Assembly (NCBI RefSeq): GCF_001194135.2
Contig: NC_068994.1
Coordinates: forward strand, 37,138,940 to 37,202,861
Direction: 5' to 3'
From: Octopus bimaculoides
Lineage: Eukaryota
Length of the DNA: 63,922 nt
In this document: piece after piece, positions 1 through 11,910 of the stretch
Position numbering within the stretch: position 1 is the stretch's first letter
Layout of the letters: each line of letters starts with the position of its first letter
The notes under the pieces: model-generated
Seen by the model: the letters and a program-made list of their open reading frames with translations, nothing else
Database searches by the model: none
Told to the model about the DNA's origin: nothing
Position numbers and translations under genes: made by a program

Positions 1-240
1 ATATATATATATATATATATATATACAAACACACACACACATATAGATATGTATATATATACATATATTACTATACATACTCAAATGTATACACGGACAC
101 ACTCACACACACGCACATATGCATATTAATAAACAAATACACATGAGTGTGTGCATGTGCATGTGTGCATGCATGAATGCAAGCACCTGTTTGTATATGA
201 GCGTGTGTGTTTGTGTACGCCTCTGAATAAAGAACAAGCA
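1..240. repeat. (TA)n/(CA)n/(TG)n compound microsatellite
   Basis: Direct dinucleotide runs. Confidence 0.9.
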
Positions 241-853
241 TACAACTAGTTAAATCTGTTTGAAATTAAATTGCTTTTTTTAGAATTAAACACCTAGCAA
301 TTACATTACAGAAAATTCTTCAGAAGTCCAAGTTAATTAATGACAGAATTTTTTTTTTCCAACTTTTCTTTTATATCTTTGGACAAGCATAAATATATTT
401 TCAAAAATCTCAGTAGTTAATACTGCATAAAAATAGTAAATTATTCCACAAAGTGATATTTATATATAAGAATTTAAATATCTTTTAAAGTATAACTTTT
501 TATGTTTGTAGATTATCAAATTACTTTTATTTTAAATAGGTTGACTGTATGTAGCGAATGAACAATTCTATCTATATATGTGAATTTCTCAAGCAGATAA
601 ACTTTGCACTTTATATACAGACTTTTCAATAGGATGACATGCCAACACACAGATCAATAACATACTGCAATGGCACGTATTTCTTAGATATTTCTTAACA
701 GATTGATGCATAACTTTGGACAAGCTTATATAGCCTTATGGGCTAGAGTAACAGAGGGTATTTAGTATAATTTACAAAAGAAACAAAACAGCCGCCTGTG
801 TTATTTTATAAACTGAGTATGCTTAGTTTGTTATGTGATATATATTATACTGT

Positions 854-854
<1 letters not shown>

Positions 855-891
<37 letters not shown>

Positions 892-910
892 TAATAATAA
901 TAATAACAAT
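855..910. repeat. (AAT)n microsatellite
   Basis: Direct trinucleotide run. Confidence 0.9.
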
Positions 911-1386
911 ATCTACTTCTCCCATTAGGAGTACAAAACATAAACAAGCAGGTAAGTAAATAGACTATATTATTCACAATGTTATGATAAAAGAAATTTT
1001 ATAGAAAGAAAATACACATGATTAGTGACTGACAGTACAAAACATAATATTTTACAATTAATGATTGGTAGTGTATTATTAGTATTGTATATATATATAT
1101 ATNNNNNNNNNNNNNNNNNNNNNNNNNNNNNNNNNNNNNNNNNNNNNNNNNNNNNNNNNNNNNNNNNNNNNNNNNNNNNNNNNNNNNNNNNNNNNNNNNN
1201 NNNNNNNNNNNNNNNNNNNNNNNNNNNNNNNNNNNNNNNNNNNNNNNNNNNNNNNNNNNNNNNNNNNNNNNNNNNNNNNNNNNNNNNNNNNNNNNNNNNN
1301 NNNNNNNNNNNNNNNNNNNNNNNNNNTATATATATATATATGAAAGAGAATGAATGGTATAAAAATTAGCAAGAAAAGCTACTCAC

Positions 1387-1599
1387 CAATGCAGATAAAA
1401 TCCTCCAAAGTTTATCGTTAGATGTGATGTGTATCCTGCTGTAGAGTTAGTTCTATCGTTACTACTGCTGATATGTGCTGCCAGTACAGTGTGGCTTGGT
1501 CTGTGTTGTTGTGTGAATATGGGAGAGTGGTCCGCAGCTCTACCAAATAGGGTGTGTATGTAATGTTTGCTGCAGCCAATCATTGGCTGTTTGTGGTTC
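1387..1599 (-). other. Candidate spliced exon (213 nt) of an unidentified gene or lncRNA
   Basis: Minus strand: TTTTATTTCCCTTCCATAG acceptor (AG at 1601-1600) and TG|GTGAGT donor (GT at 1386-1385). Length is divisible by 3 and one frame is open (NHKQPMIGCSK...FGGFYLH). No homology recognised. Confidence 0.35.
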
Positions 1600-1740
1600 C
1601 TATGGAAGGGAAATAAAAACCCTGCCCACCCCTAACTCTCAAAACACACAAGTAGATTAAATGAAGAGTTGATCGAATTCAAATAATATTTGTGAATGTC
1701 TCCATACAAGTTCATGTTTATGAATTTATAGATATGCTAT

Positions 1741-1869
1741 GTGTTTATACACACAAAACTACTGCATGCACACACACACACAGGTTGTACCTGTGAACAT
1801 GTGCTTGTGTTGAGATGTAAATTGTCAGATATAGAAGCTAACAAAAATGTATTAAGGTATACATTTGTT

Positions 1870-1917
<48 letters not shown>

Positions 1918-2523
1918 NNNNNNNNNNNNNNNNNNNNNNNNNNNNNNNNNNNNNNNNNNNNNNNNNNNNNNNNNNNNNNNNNNNNNNNNNNNNNNNNNNN
2001 NNNNNNNNNNNNNNNNNNNNNNNNNNNNNNACACACATACACACATACACACACACACCTGCGCATGCACACATACACACACATACTGACACACACATAT
2101 ATATATATATATAAAGAGAGAGACACCAACATTCATATACACACATGCACAGATATATATATATATACACACACACGCGCACACATACACACACACATGT
2201 ACATACATATATGTATATATACACATAGGCAAGCATATATGCATATACACATATAAATGAATATTTGTTTATATCATAAGTGTATGTCTATCTGTATATA
2301 TGTGTGTGTGTGTGTGTGTGCAATACACAAACACACACACATGTGCATCAATGAATGAATGTGTATATATGAGTGTATACATATATCTCTGTATATATAA
2401 ACAGTGCTTATTTACTTTTGTAACAAATTATATACATAACTTGTGCACACAATAGTGTCAAACATACACACACAAACAATGATTGCTGCACACATGCAAA
2501 CATATACATACATATGTGTGTGT

Positions 2524-2567
<44 letters not shown>

Positions 2568-2670
2568 TTCCCTTCTTTAATGTCTTATACATACATACAT
2601 ACATACATACATATATGTGTGTGTGTGTGTGTATGTATGTACATATGTATATATATATATAAACAGACAC
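1741..2670. repeat. (CA)n/(TA)n/(TG)n/(CATA)n microsatellite field with an assembly gap
   Basis: Direct repeats; N run at 1918-2030. Confidence 0.9.
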
Positions 2671-3360
2671 ACTTTCACACGCAGAAACAGACTGATGGAA
2701 TGGAGGAGGAGGGGTAAGTGGAGGAAAAAAATAGAATGGGAAAATTCAAGATACATATGTACAGTCAATTGATCTAAGTTAATCTTATGCATTAATTGGC
2801 TATTTCATTCTCCACTTGAAATTAGTTTTTTAATAAAAGCTAATTATAAATTACCCTTCAGAGTAAAATCTATTGAATTCTAGATGAAAAAAAAAAGAAG
2901 ACCAAACAACAAATAAAATATCTAAAATAGCTTCAAGAACAAATTATTATTATTACCAGCCTGTTACTTTTAATTCACAGAAAAAGAAACACACACACAT
3001 GCATATATACATACATACATACATACATGATTTAAACTAGAATTTCATTGTAGTCTGCATTTCGACTCATTTTTCTATCCACATGTTTTACAAAGTTTAA
3101 TAACATACAAGATCTGAAATGTTAACCTCTAAAACGATTATACTGATGCATACCAAAAATTAAAGAAAATAACAAAGACATATCTAAAAACAAAAAAACA
3201 AAAACAAAGCAAAACAAAAAGGAAAAAAAAAGCCTCAATCCTATCTTGCCCTTCACCTCAGTATCACATGGGAATTAATGGTCAGCAGACAAAATAAAAG
3301 TTGTTCTCTTTGCATAACTAATATAATTATTGTTGTTGTTATCATCGTCACCATCACCAC

Positions 3361-3570
3361 TGAGGTGGCAAGTGGACAGAATTGTTAATGTGTTGAATGA
3401 AATGCTCAGGTTTCTATTTTTTATGTTCTGACTTTGATTTCTGCTGAGATTAGCCTTGCCTCTCATCCTTTTGGGGTCAATAAAATAAGTACTAGTTGAA
3501 TGCTGGGAAGCAATGTAATTGATTTACTGCTTTCCTAAAATTGCTGGCCTTGTGCTAAAATTTGAAACCA
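3361..3570 (+). mobile_element. SINE family B, degraded
   Basis: Shares the core GCCTCTCATCCTTTTGGGGTCAATAAAATAAGTAC and tail GGCCTTGTGCTAAAATTTGAAAC with other copies in the window. Confidence 0.75.
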
Positions 3571-4469
3571 CCACCATCACCACTACCCCACCACCATTAC
3601 CCTTTCCCTACCACCATCACTCCCCATCATCATCATGATCATTTATTATTATTGCTGTTGCTTTTGTTGTTGTTATTAGTTTTGTTTCAGGTTGGAAATG
3701 TTTAGGAAAATATTTGTAAAGAGAGAGAGGAGAAAGATGAAGATAAAAGAAATATATTTTGAAAAGACCTCAGGGTTATATTTATAAACTTTTGTGAAAA
3801 TAGATATCTTTGAAAGAAATAAAAATTTAGGAATTGCAAACATATTTATTCTTCATATAGTTTCTTTTTTTTTTTTTCTGTACAAATAAATTTTCAGAAA
3901 TTTNNNNNNNNNNNNNNNNNNNNNNNNNNNNNNNNNNNNNNNNNNNNNNNNNNNNNNNNNNNNNNNNNNNNNNNNNNNNNNNNNNNNNNNNNNNNNNNNN
4001 NNNNNNNNNNNNNNNNNNNNNNNNNNNNNNNNNNNNNNNNNNNNNNNNNNNNNNNNNNNNNNNNNNNNNNNNNNNNNNNNNNNNNNNNNNNNNNNNNNNN
4101 NNNNNNNNNNNNNNNNNNNNNNNNNNNNNNNNNNNNNNNNNNNNNNNNNNNNNNNNNNNNNNNNNNNNNNNNNNNNNNNNNNNNNNNNNNNNNNNNNNNN
4201 NNNNNNNNNNNNNNNNNNNNNNNNNNNNNNNNNNNNNNNNNNNNNNNNNNNNNNNNNNNNNNNNNNNNNNNNNNNNNNNNNNNNNNNNNNNNNNNNNNNN
4301 NNNNNNNNNNNNNNNNNNNNNNNNNNNNNNNNNNNNNNNNNNNNNNNNNNNNNNNNNNNNNNNNNNNNNNNNNNNNNNNNNNNNNNNNNNNNNNNNNNNN
4401 NNNNNNNNNNNNNNNNNNNNNNNNNNNNNNNNNNNNNNNNNNNNNNNNNNNNNNNNNNNNNNNNNNNNN

Positions 4470-4524
<55 letters not shown>

Positions 4525-5129
4525 CCATATGGTGTATATTGTATATATATGTACTGTATATACATACACACATATATATGGTTTATTTTGTGTATTTTTT
4601 TTATTACTTTCTTTTAAGCGAGCTTTACTTTCTCAGCATCAAAATAATTAGATCCAAATTGAGGATTGATAAAAAAAAAATAATAAACACCATTCTAGAA
4701 TATTGCATCTTAAAAATCCTTCAAGCACAAACAGAGTCAAAAATAAGCAGTAAATGAACAAAGTGTAAGGCAATGTAGCTTCAAATAGATATAGCATAAC
4801 AGATTGCTACAATAAGGAATGATTGACAGTTTAGAAATAAATATATAAAAACTTTTATTTATAAATTTGAATGATATTCTTTATTTTTTCTTTGTTTGTT
4901 TGTTTCTTCATCTTCCAAGTGATCATATGATAAAGAAAATTATCAGTTATTTTTAATATCGATTTCAGTTCATGTACATCTGAATATGGTTATTTTATTT
5001 GTTGCTGCTGTTTTATGAAAAGAAATGACATTAAAATCAAGATATTTTGATTGTGACATGTATCATAAATGCTATTCCATAGATTTTATTTTGCAGGAGT
5101 TGTTATCGATCTATTATTTGCAGCTTTCC

Positions 5130-5760
5130 CTCTACCCTTTCAAATTTATCCACCGCACTGCTTTTGCTGATATTGTCCGCTAGTTTGTTCTGCATCACCG
5201 CCTTCAGTTTGAACGATTCTTGCAGAACACTTTTACTTGCATGGACTTGGAAAATAATCCCCTCTCCCATTTGCTCTCACGCTAATCTGGTGCCTAATCT
5301 CCTGGAAGAGGCTTGCATTGAGTCTTGAGACATTATTCAGAGTCTAACAGACTCCAATAGCAACTCCCCAGCTGCAGCAGTCAGGCAAAGATGGCAGTTG
5401 GCATATTCTGAAGTGCACAGCTCATCATGAGGTTTAGATTTGATTCCATACAGTTGAACTGCTTCCAAGGAATTTACATTTTTTGCCAGATTTTGTTACC
5501 ATGCTGCTTCTGCATATTCTAAATGTGAATGTATCTAGTTTTAATACAGACCAATTGATATATCTTTCTCTTGGCTGACCACTGCTGGACTCAACCAGCA
5601 GAGCATTTGATTGGCTTTGTTAATGGCGTAAATCCTCTTACCATTTGCCTTAGATCTCTTTCAATCAATACTATGAGGTCTTACCCTATATCACTGTCTT
5701 CTAGTGTCTTCTAATTGATTGCATTGAACACTAAGCTACATTTATTGAAAACTGCCACCT
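5130..5760 (-). mobile_element. CR1/L2-type LINE ORF2 C-terminal remnant
   Basis: Minus-strand translation AINKANQMLCWL..KDISIGLY*N*IHSHLEYAEAAW*QNLAKNVNSLEAVQ and later QNKLADNISKSSAVDKFER. These match the CR1 post-RT motifs (KAN.MLG, RPHLEY..W.P...LE.VQ, WN.LP). Multiple stops. Confidence 0.75.
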
Positions 5761-6737
5761 TCTATCCTGATCAGAAACAGCATGGTTGATTTAAATACCA
5801 CTGCTCCAGTAAAAGCCGTTCTAACTTTAGGTTAGGAAAGTAAATAATAATGCCAATATCTTTGCTATTTCATGTTTTCAATATTATTTTCCCTGATATC
5901 TATTTACATATAGACTTACGCAGATGAGTTAACATTCAAACTGGTTAACCTACTGACCTGAATATTCAGTTCAATATATTCTGAGTTATATATATATATA
6001 TTTCATTTACCATGTTTAGTAATAGAATTCTTTGAAAATTAATATAATTTTCAGGAACATAAATTGAAAGTAGAGTATAAATTAGGTCAAAACACCAATG
6101 TTTTCATTTATTGTCTATAATTTTTTCCTTCTGTGAATTTGGAAAATTTTTTTGAAAGGATTGAGATTTCTATTTCATTTAATCTAAATAGTGTGGATGA
6201 GTTTTAGCTGTAAATAGTGACAGTCAGAAGAAGAACTACAACTAGAGAGAATGTGTAGAAGTTGAGAGATGGCTGCATCAGTGCTAACTTCTGAATAATA
6301 CTAGCAAAGGCTCATACAGTCACTGATAGCGTGTTTGTGTGTGTATTTGATAATGGTAATAATTACCAGCATCTTTGCCGTTGTTTTAATCCCAGATTTT
6401 TCATATTGGCATTAGTTGTGCTTCCAAACTTGTCATTCAGCTTCTGTAGCCTTTTATATTATGCATCCGCTGGTGAACTAAGACAGGGTAAAATACAAAA
6501 ATCAAGATAAATGGTGATGGTCACCATTGGCAGCAATTTGTCAAAAGCAGAGTTTAGTAAATACAAGTGGCTTGAGGGATGAAGAATATACTGATTTGGA
6601 CCCTTGTTGTCCTTCATATGAAATTGCAGAAGCTTTAACAAGGTTCTTGGGGCACAATACATTTAGAATAATAGAGACTTAAAGATAACTTCTGTAGAGC
6701 AGAAAAATGGCATGGTTTTTATATACATTATAGTAAT

Positions 6738-6793
<56 letters not shown>

Positions 6794-7089
6794 TATATAT
6801 TAAGAGATTGAGAGAGAGAGAGAGAGAGAATTCTCATGGGTATATAGAAACCATGGTGTGTGTTTTTCTGCTCAGCAGAAGTTGTATAATACAGATAAAT
6901 TGAATTACTCTCTCTCTTTCTAGTGACTCTAATTTGACAGAGGTATTTCTCTTTAGTAAAAATTAAGCAATAAGATTCTTATTTCTGAGCTTTTCACTTT
7001 TTAGAACAAAATATAGCTCCACTTTTTAAAAAATTCTGTTTATCTTTATTTTTTGCTTCCCATGAAATCAATCAATGATCAATAATATC

Positions 7090-7850
7090 AGCCACTACTT
7101 CTCCATTGCTGAGTTGTATTTTGTATTTCTTAATAAGTTTTAGTTCTTGAATTTTCAATATCCAATTTTGTCAAATCTATCCAAATCCATCCTGCAATTT
7201 TGTTCAATGTCATCCTTGCTTTCTGTTATAGTCTCTTGGAATCCAATCTGTTAGCTTCCATTTGCATATACCATCAAACATCCATTTCAGTGCTTTTATA
7301 AAGTCCAGAATGTCATTTAGTTTTGTTTTCTTTTCTTGAATCAATTTCATTCTTTTCATTGTTCTTCCATACAAAGGTCGTTGGCACTCCGTCACTTACG
7401 ATGTCGAGGGTTCCAGTTGATCCGATCAACTGGAACAGCCTGCTCGTGAAATTAATGTGCAAGTGGCTGAGCACTCCACAGACACGTGTACCCTTAACGC
7501 AGTTCTCGGGGATATTCAGCGTGACACAGTGTGTGACAAGGCTGAACCTTTGAATTACAGGCACAACAGAAACAGGAAGTAAGAGTGAGAGAAAGTTGTG
7601 GTGAAAGAGTACAGCAGGGTTCACCACCATCCCCTGCCAGAGCCTCGTGGAGCTTTAGGTGTTTTCGCTCAATAAACACTCACAACGCCCGGTCTGGGAA
7701 TTGAAACTGTGATCCTATGACCACGAGTCAGCTGCCCTAACCACTGGGCCATTGCGCCTCCCTTCCATACAAAACCCACTCTACTTCTCAATATCTATAA
7801 TTCTTTATAGGTTGACCATGAAGGCAGCAAGTTTGCAAAGTTCTAAGGAT
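7090..7850 (-). mobile_element. RTE-clade LINE 3' remnant, interrupted by a SINE
   Basis: KTKLNDILDFIKALKW...KLTDWIPRDYNRKQG and QQWRSSG* resemble the RTE C-terminus (DI...IK.LKW.WAGH...W.PR..KR..GR). Confidence 0.65.
7376..7761 (-). mobile_element. Full-length tRNA-headed SINE (family D) with 12-bp TSD
   Basis: Head GGAGGCGCAATGGCCCAGTGG (A box) and GTTTCAATTCC (B box). CTTCCATACAAA is duplicated at 7364-7375 and 7762-7773. Confidence 0.9.
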
Positions 7851-8024
7851 GTTGGATAAAACACCATGTGGTAGTTTACCAACTCTGAGTTTAAATCCTG
7901 CTGAAGTTAGCTTTGCTCTTGATTCTATTAGGCTGATAAAAATGTACAAATTCAGGACAGTGGAATGATAGAAGTATAAAAGAGAGGTGGGTCAGATGCT
8001 TTGCAGTATCTGATTCAGTTCTAA

Positions 8025-8240
8025 GGCAGCAAGCTGGCAGAACCATTAGCACACCTGGCAAAATGCTTAGTGAGATTTCATCCATCTTTAGATTCTGAGT
8101 TCAAAGTCTACTGTGGTCGACTTTGCCTTTCATTCTTTCAAGGTCGATAAAATAAGTGCCAGTCGAGCACTGGGATCAATGTAATTGACTTAGCCACTTT
8201 GCTGAACTTACTGGCCTTGTGCCAAAATTTGAAACTAATA
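8025..8240 (+). mobile_element. SINE family B
   Basis: GGCAGCAAGCTGGCAGAA head, GAGTTCAAAG B-box-like motif, GGTCGACTTTGCCTTTCATTCTTTCAAGGTCGATAAAATAAGT core (from memory, resembles the Meta-type SINE central domain). Confidence 0.85.
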
Positions 8241-8330
8241 TCTATTCCAGTTCTTTGTATTCTGCAATGACACTAATACCAAACTATATCCATCCAATTT
8301 AGAAGCCTTTCCCTTGGATAAACAACAGTG

Positions 8331-8404
<74 letters not shown>

Positions 8405-8974
8405 CAGACTTACATGCATGAACAACAGATAGTCTTCCTCCGAAATAAATCATATATAGGCCTGCACGTACATGTACAAATATATGAACAACATTCACTG
8501 ATGGGACTCTATGCAAATTAATCAAACATTTCTGTACTGTAGATACTATTTACTGTGACCAATAGATAGTATCAAAATGAGAAACCAATGGAAACAGTTA
8601 CCTTGATTTGATAGGAAGATCAACTTCATTGCAATGATGACATGACAAGGAACATCATTTTCAAATACTCTGTGAAAGGAAGAGTCTTGCTACAATTCAT
8701 TCATACTATTGTTTTTTTTTTATATGAAATCCGCATGTAATGAATGTTAAATTTCTGAACCTCATTTACCCTGAGTAGATCTTATATAAATATGTTTAGA
8801 ATTTATTCCTACACCTTTCTTTCGTGGCCTTACAGAATATAGTTACAGTTCAGTTGTTTGATTCTATAAAAATAGTTTACTTTAAGAGCTGAAAGAATAT
8901 AATTTAATGCTGTATATATATGAAAGAGCATCCACATCATAGATCAAAAGAAGGTTCTAAATTGATGAAGTAAC

Positions 8975-9190
8975 CTCTTATGGGCTGCTCGACTAGCTAG
9001 AAGCAACAGCTAAATTCTTTAAAACCACACTATCACCTCAATGAAACAACGTTAACCACATTGCATTATATAGTCTTAGATCACTTTTCCTGATCATAAA
9101 ATTGGTCAGAATGGTAATGGCTAGATCACTTCAAATATAGGTCTACTTGATGAGAGCTGACTAGGGGCTGAACAACTATAACAGCAACAA
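8975..9190 (+). mobile_element. SINE-like 3' segment (family E-type)
   Basis: Similar to 55775-55980 (+) and 60345-60420 (-); ends in a CAA-like tail. Confidence 0.5.
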
Positions 9191-9439
9191 TGAGAGTAAG
9201 TCCCTGGCAAAGCATCTATTATACTGGCTAAGTTCTTGCTTGCACCATTTCCTTTTGATTCACTTATTCCTTGTACCTTCAAAATCCAACTAGATTCAAT
9301 ATCATGAAGAGGAAGGATCTTTCCTAGACTCGTTTGACCTTGAAATTCTATGCCAAGATGAAGACAAAAGCAATACCTTTAGCTGTGGCTCAGCATCATA
9401 TTATACAATCTATTTGGTTCTTTTATTTACGTTTTATTT

Positions 9440-9595
9440 ATTTTTATTTCAGTCATTGGACTGTAGCCATACTTGGGCACCACTTTGAAAGGTTTAGTCA
9501 AATCAACCCCAGTATTTATTTTAAATCTGGTACTTATTCTAGTGGTCTCCTTTTGCTAAATTGCGAAGTTACAGGGATGTAAACAAACCAAGACA
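9440..9595 (-). mobile_element. SINE family A, 3' half
   Basis: Reverse complement of the ...CATGGC..CAGTC.AATGACTGAAA tail seen in full copies. Confidence 0.75.
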
Positions 9596-10023
9596 GGTAA
9601 GCTTAAGCACAATAATGTGTAGCATGTTAGTTATGTCTATGCCCCTGCACACAATTTGTTCCTGGCAAATTTCTCCCCCACAACTGATCTTTGTAGCATT
9701 GCCTTCCCTCCACCCATCTTCATCTCTCATTACATTCTCCTCAGCTCTAGTTCCCACTCTCCTTTCACACTCTCATAAACTTACCTTCACTCAATCTGTG
9801 CCTGATGAATCTTCTTCCCCTTTCCCAACTTTTCAACTTGTATGTTAAAGCCTCACAATTATTCCTTTCACCATCACATGACAAAGGCTGGATCCCAACG
9901 GCTAACCTACGCTTCAATGTGAGAAAATACTTCAAGTCCAACAGCTGTTGACTCTCTGAAATTTTATATGAGGACAGCAATATTCTTCCCACACCTGAGA
10001 CAGCAGTGTTGTTGCAGCACACA

Positions 10024-10896
10024 TATGAAGTGGTATCGAAAAGTTCCCAGCTTTAATAAAAATAGCTTATTTAATATCATCTCCTTCCAAATAGTCACCT
10101 TGCACAACAATACACCGGTCCCAGCATTTGAAATCCGTGAGTTGAGGACTTTCTGCAGTTCACTCTTGATTTTGACAACAGTGTTAAAATGGCGACCTTT
10201 GAGCAACATTTTCATCTTGGGGGAAGAGATGGTAGTTTGCACGTACTGAATCTGGCCAAATAGGGTGGGTGCAGTTGTGATACCATGTTGTGTTTGGTGA
10301 GAAGCTTATGAATATGGTGAGACTGGTGACAGGATGCATTGTCATCATGAAAATTCAATTCTTCATGCTTCACAGATCTGGTCATTTTCACCGAATGTCC
10401 TTCCTCAAACACTTCAAAACATCATTGTCTGTCCTCCAGCGATCCTCATGCACAATCTGATGAATTTTCACCATATTTCTGGGGCTGATGCTCATGGCAG
10501 ATCTTCCAGATCGCTCATTGTCTTTCAGAGATGCTCTTCTGCTTTTGAAGTGCCTGTGCCACATGAAACATTGCATACAACCCATTCCCTCATCACTGTA
10601 AGCTTACCAAAGCATGTTCAATGAATCTGTAACAGACTTCCTAGGTTTAATGCAAAATTTCACGTTGGCTCATTGTTTCAACTTCCTGTCTAAGACAAAA
10701 ATCTAGTGTTCACATGATCACAAAAACACAAATTTCACAACTTGTAAAGTAAATGCAACACACAGACCACATGAAGGCCATTTACCACACAACCTCATGA
10801 AGGTCACTGCTAGCTCTCACTATGCATGCAATCATGTGCTGCCATCTGTTGGTATGTTACAAGACTAGTCTGGGAACTTTCTGATTCCACCTTGTA
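10024..10896 (-). mobile_element. Internally deleted mariner transposon
   Basis: Imperfect TIRs TATGAAGTGGTATCGAAAAGTTCCCAG and TACAAGGTGGAATCAGAAAGTTCCCAG with terminal TA. Peptides DNERSGR, HDDNASCH, HPPY and PKMKMLLKGRHF; frameshifted. Confidence 0.9.
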
Positions 10897-11466
10897 GACA
10901 TTCTGAAGACTGCATTTCAACATAATCATCTGAATGACTGACATGAAATAACTCACCAAAGCATAATAACGGCCGTCCTATCTCTCTTTGAGTAAGACTC
11001 AGTCCTCCATCTACATATAGGAAGGTCAGTGAATAAGAACTGACTTAGATGACAATGACCTTCTGCCTTGATGACCCATGTTAGCATAGAAATTGGAAGT
11101 AAAAGGACGGTGATGATAATGATAATAGTGGTGGTGGTGATAATGAATACAAGCATTTCTGCTTCTCAGAGCTGCCTCATCTTGTGCCACCTCAATTCAG
11201 GTGATGGTTTGACCCTTTCAAATATAGACATCCCCACCGCCACTAATAACCACCATTACTGACTTTCCCTTTCCAAAATGTCTTCCTTCTAGAATTCTAT
11301 CATTGCTTATATATTTTTTTAATATATTTATTTATTTACTGTTATTTGTTTATTTTTCCTGACGTCAACAGACTTGCAGTTATTCAAGAGCATATCCCAT
11401 ATGAGTCTCATCTGTCTTTAAAAAAAATGACCTTTCCCTAAGACAAAACTATTTAAAAAGTATAAG

Positions 11467-11910
11467 GGCAGGCATGGCTGTGCAGTAAGAAATTTGCTTC
11501 CTAACCACATGATTCCATGTTCAGCCCCACTGCATGGAACTAGGGTAAGTGTCTGGGCTGACCAAAACCTTGAGAGTGAACTTAGTAGATGGAATCTGAA
11601 AGGAGCTTGTCCTTTATATGTGTGTGTGTATATGATTGTGTGTGTATGATTGTGTGTGTATATGTGTGCATGTGTGTGCATATTGATGTGTCTTTGCTTT
11701 TGTGTTTGTGTTTGTACCCCACCACCTGCCTAACAACTGGCGTTGGTGTGTTTACATCCCATAGCTTGGCAGTTCAGCAAAAGAGGCCAATAAGATAAGT
11801 GTCAGACTTTACAAAAAACAATAATATGTACCAGGGTCGATTTGTTCAACTAAAATTCTTCAAGGTGCCCAAGCATGGCCACAGTCTAATGACTGAAACA
11901 AGTAAAAGAT
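11467..11910 (+). mobile_element. SINE family A, full length
   Basis: tRNA-like head GGCAGGCATGGCTGTG...GTTCAGCCCC, central (TG)n, tail ATGACTGAAACAAGTAAAAGA. Confidence 0.9.

Noticed and set aside
929-951. 23-nt plus-strand micro-exon (CCCATTAG...CAG|GTAAGT)
   Set aside because: Good donor but short weak acceptor, not a multiple of 3, and no supporting neighbours
8602-8669. 68-nt minus-strand exon candidate (VFENDVPCHVIIAMKLIFLSNQ)
   Set aside because: Splice-like ends, but it does not join in frame with the nearest upstream candidate and the peptide is unrecognised
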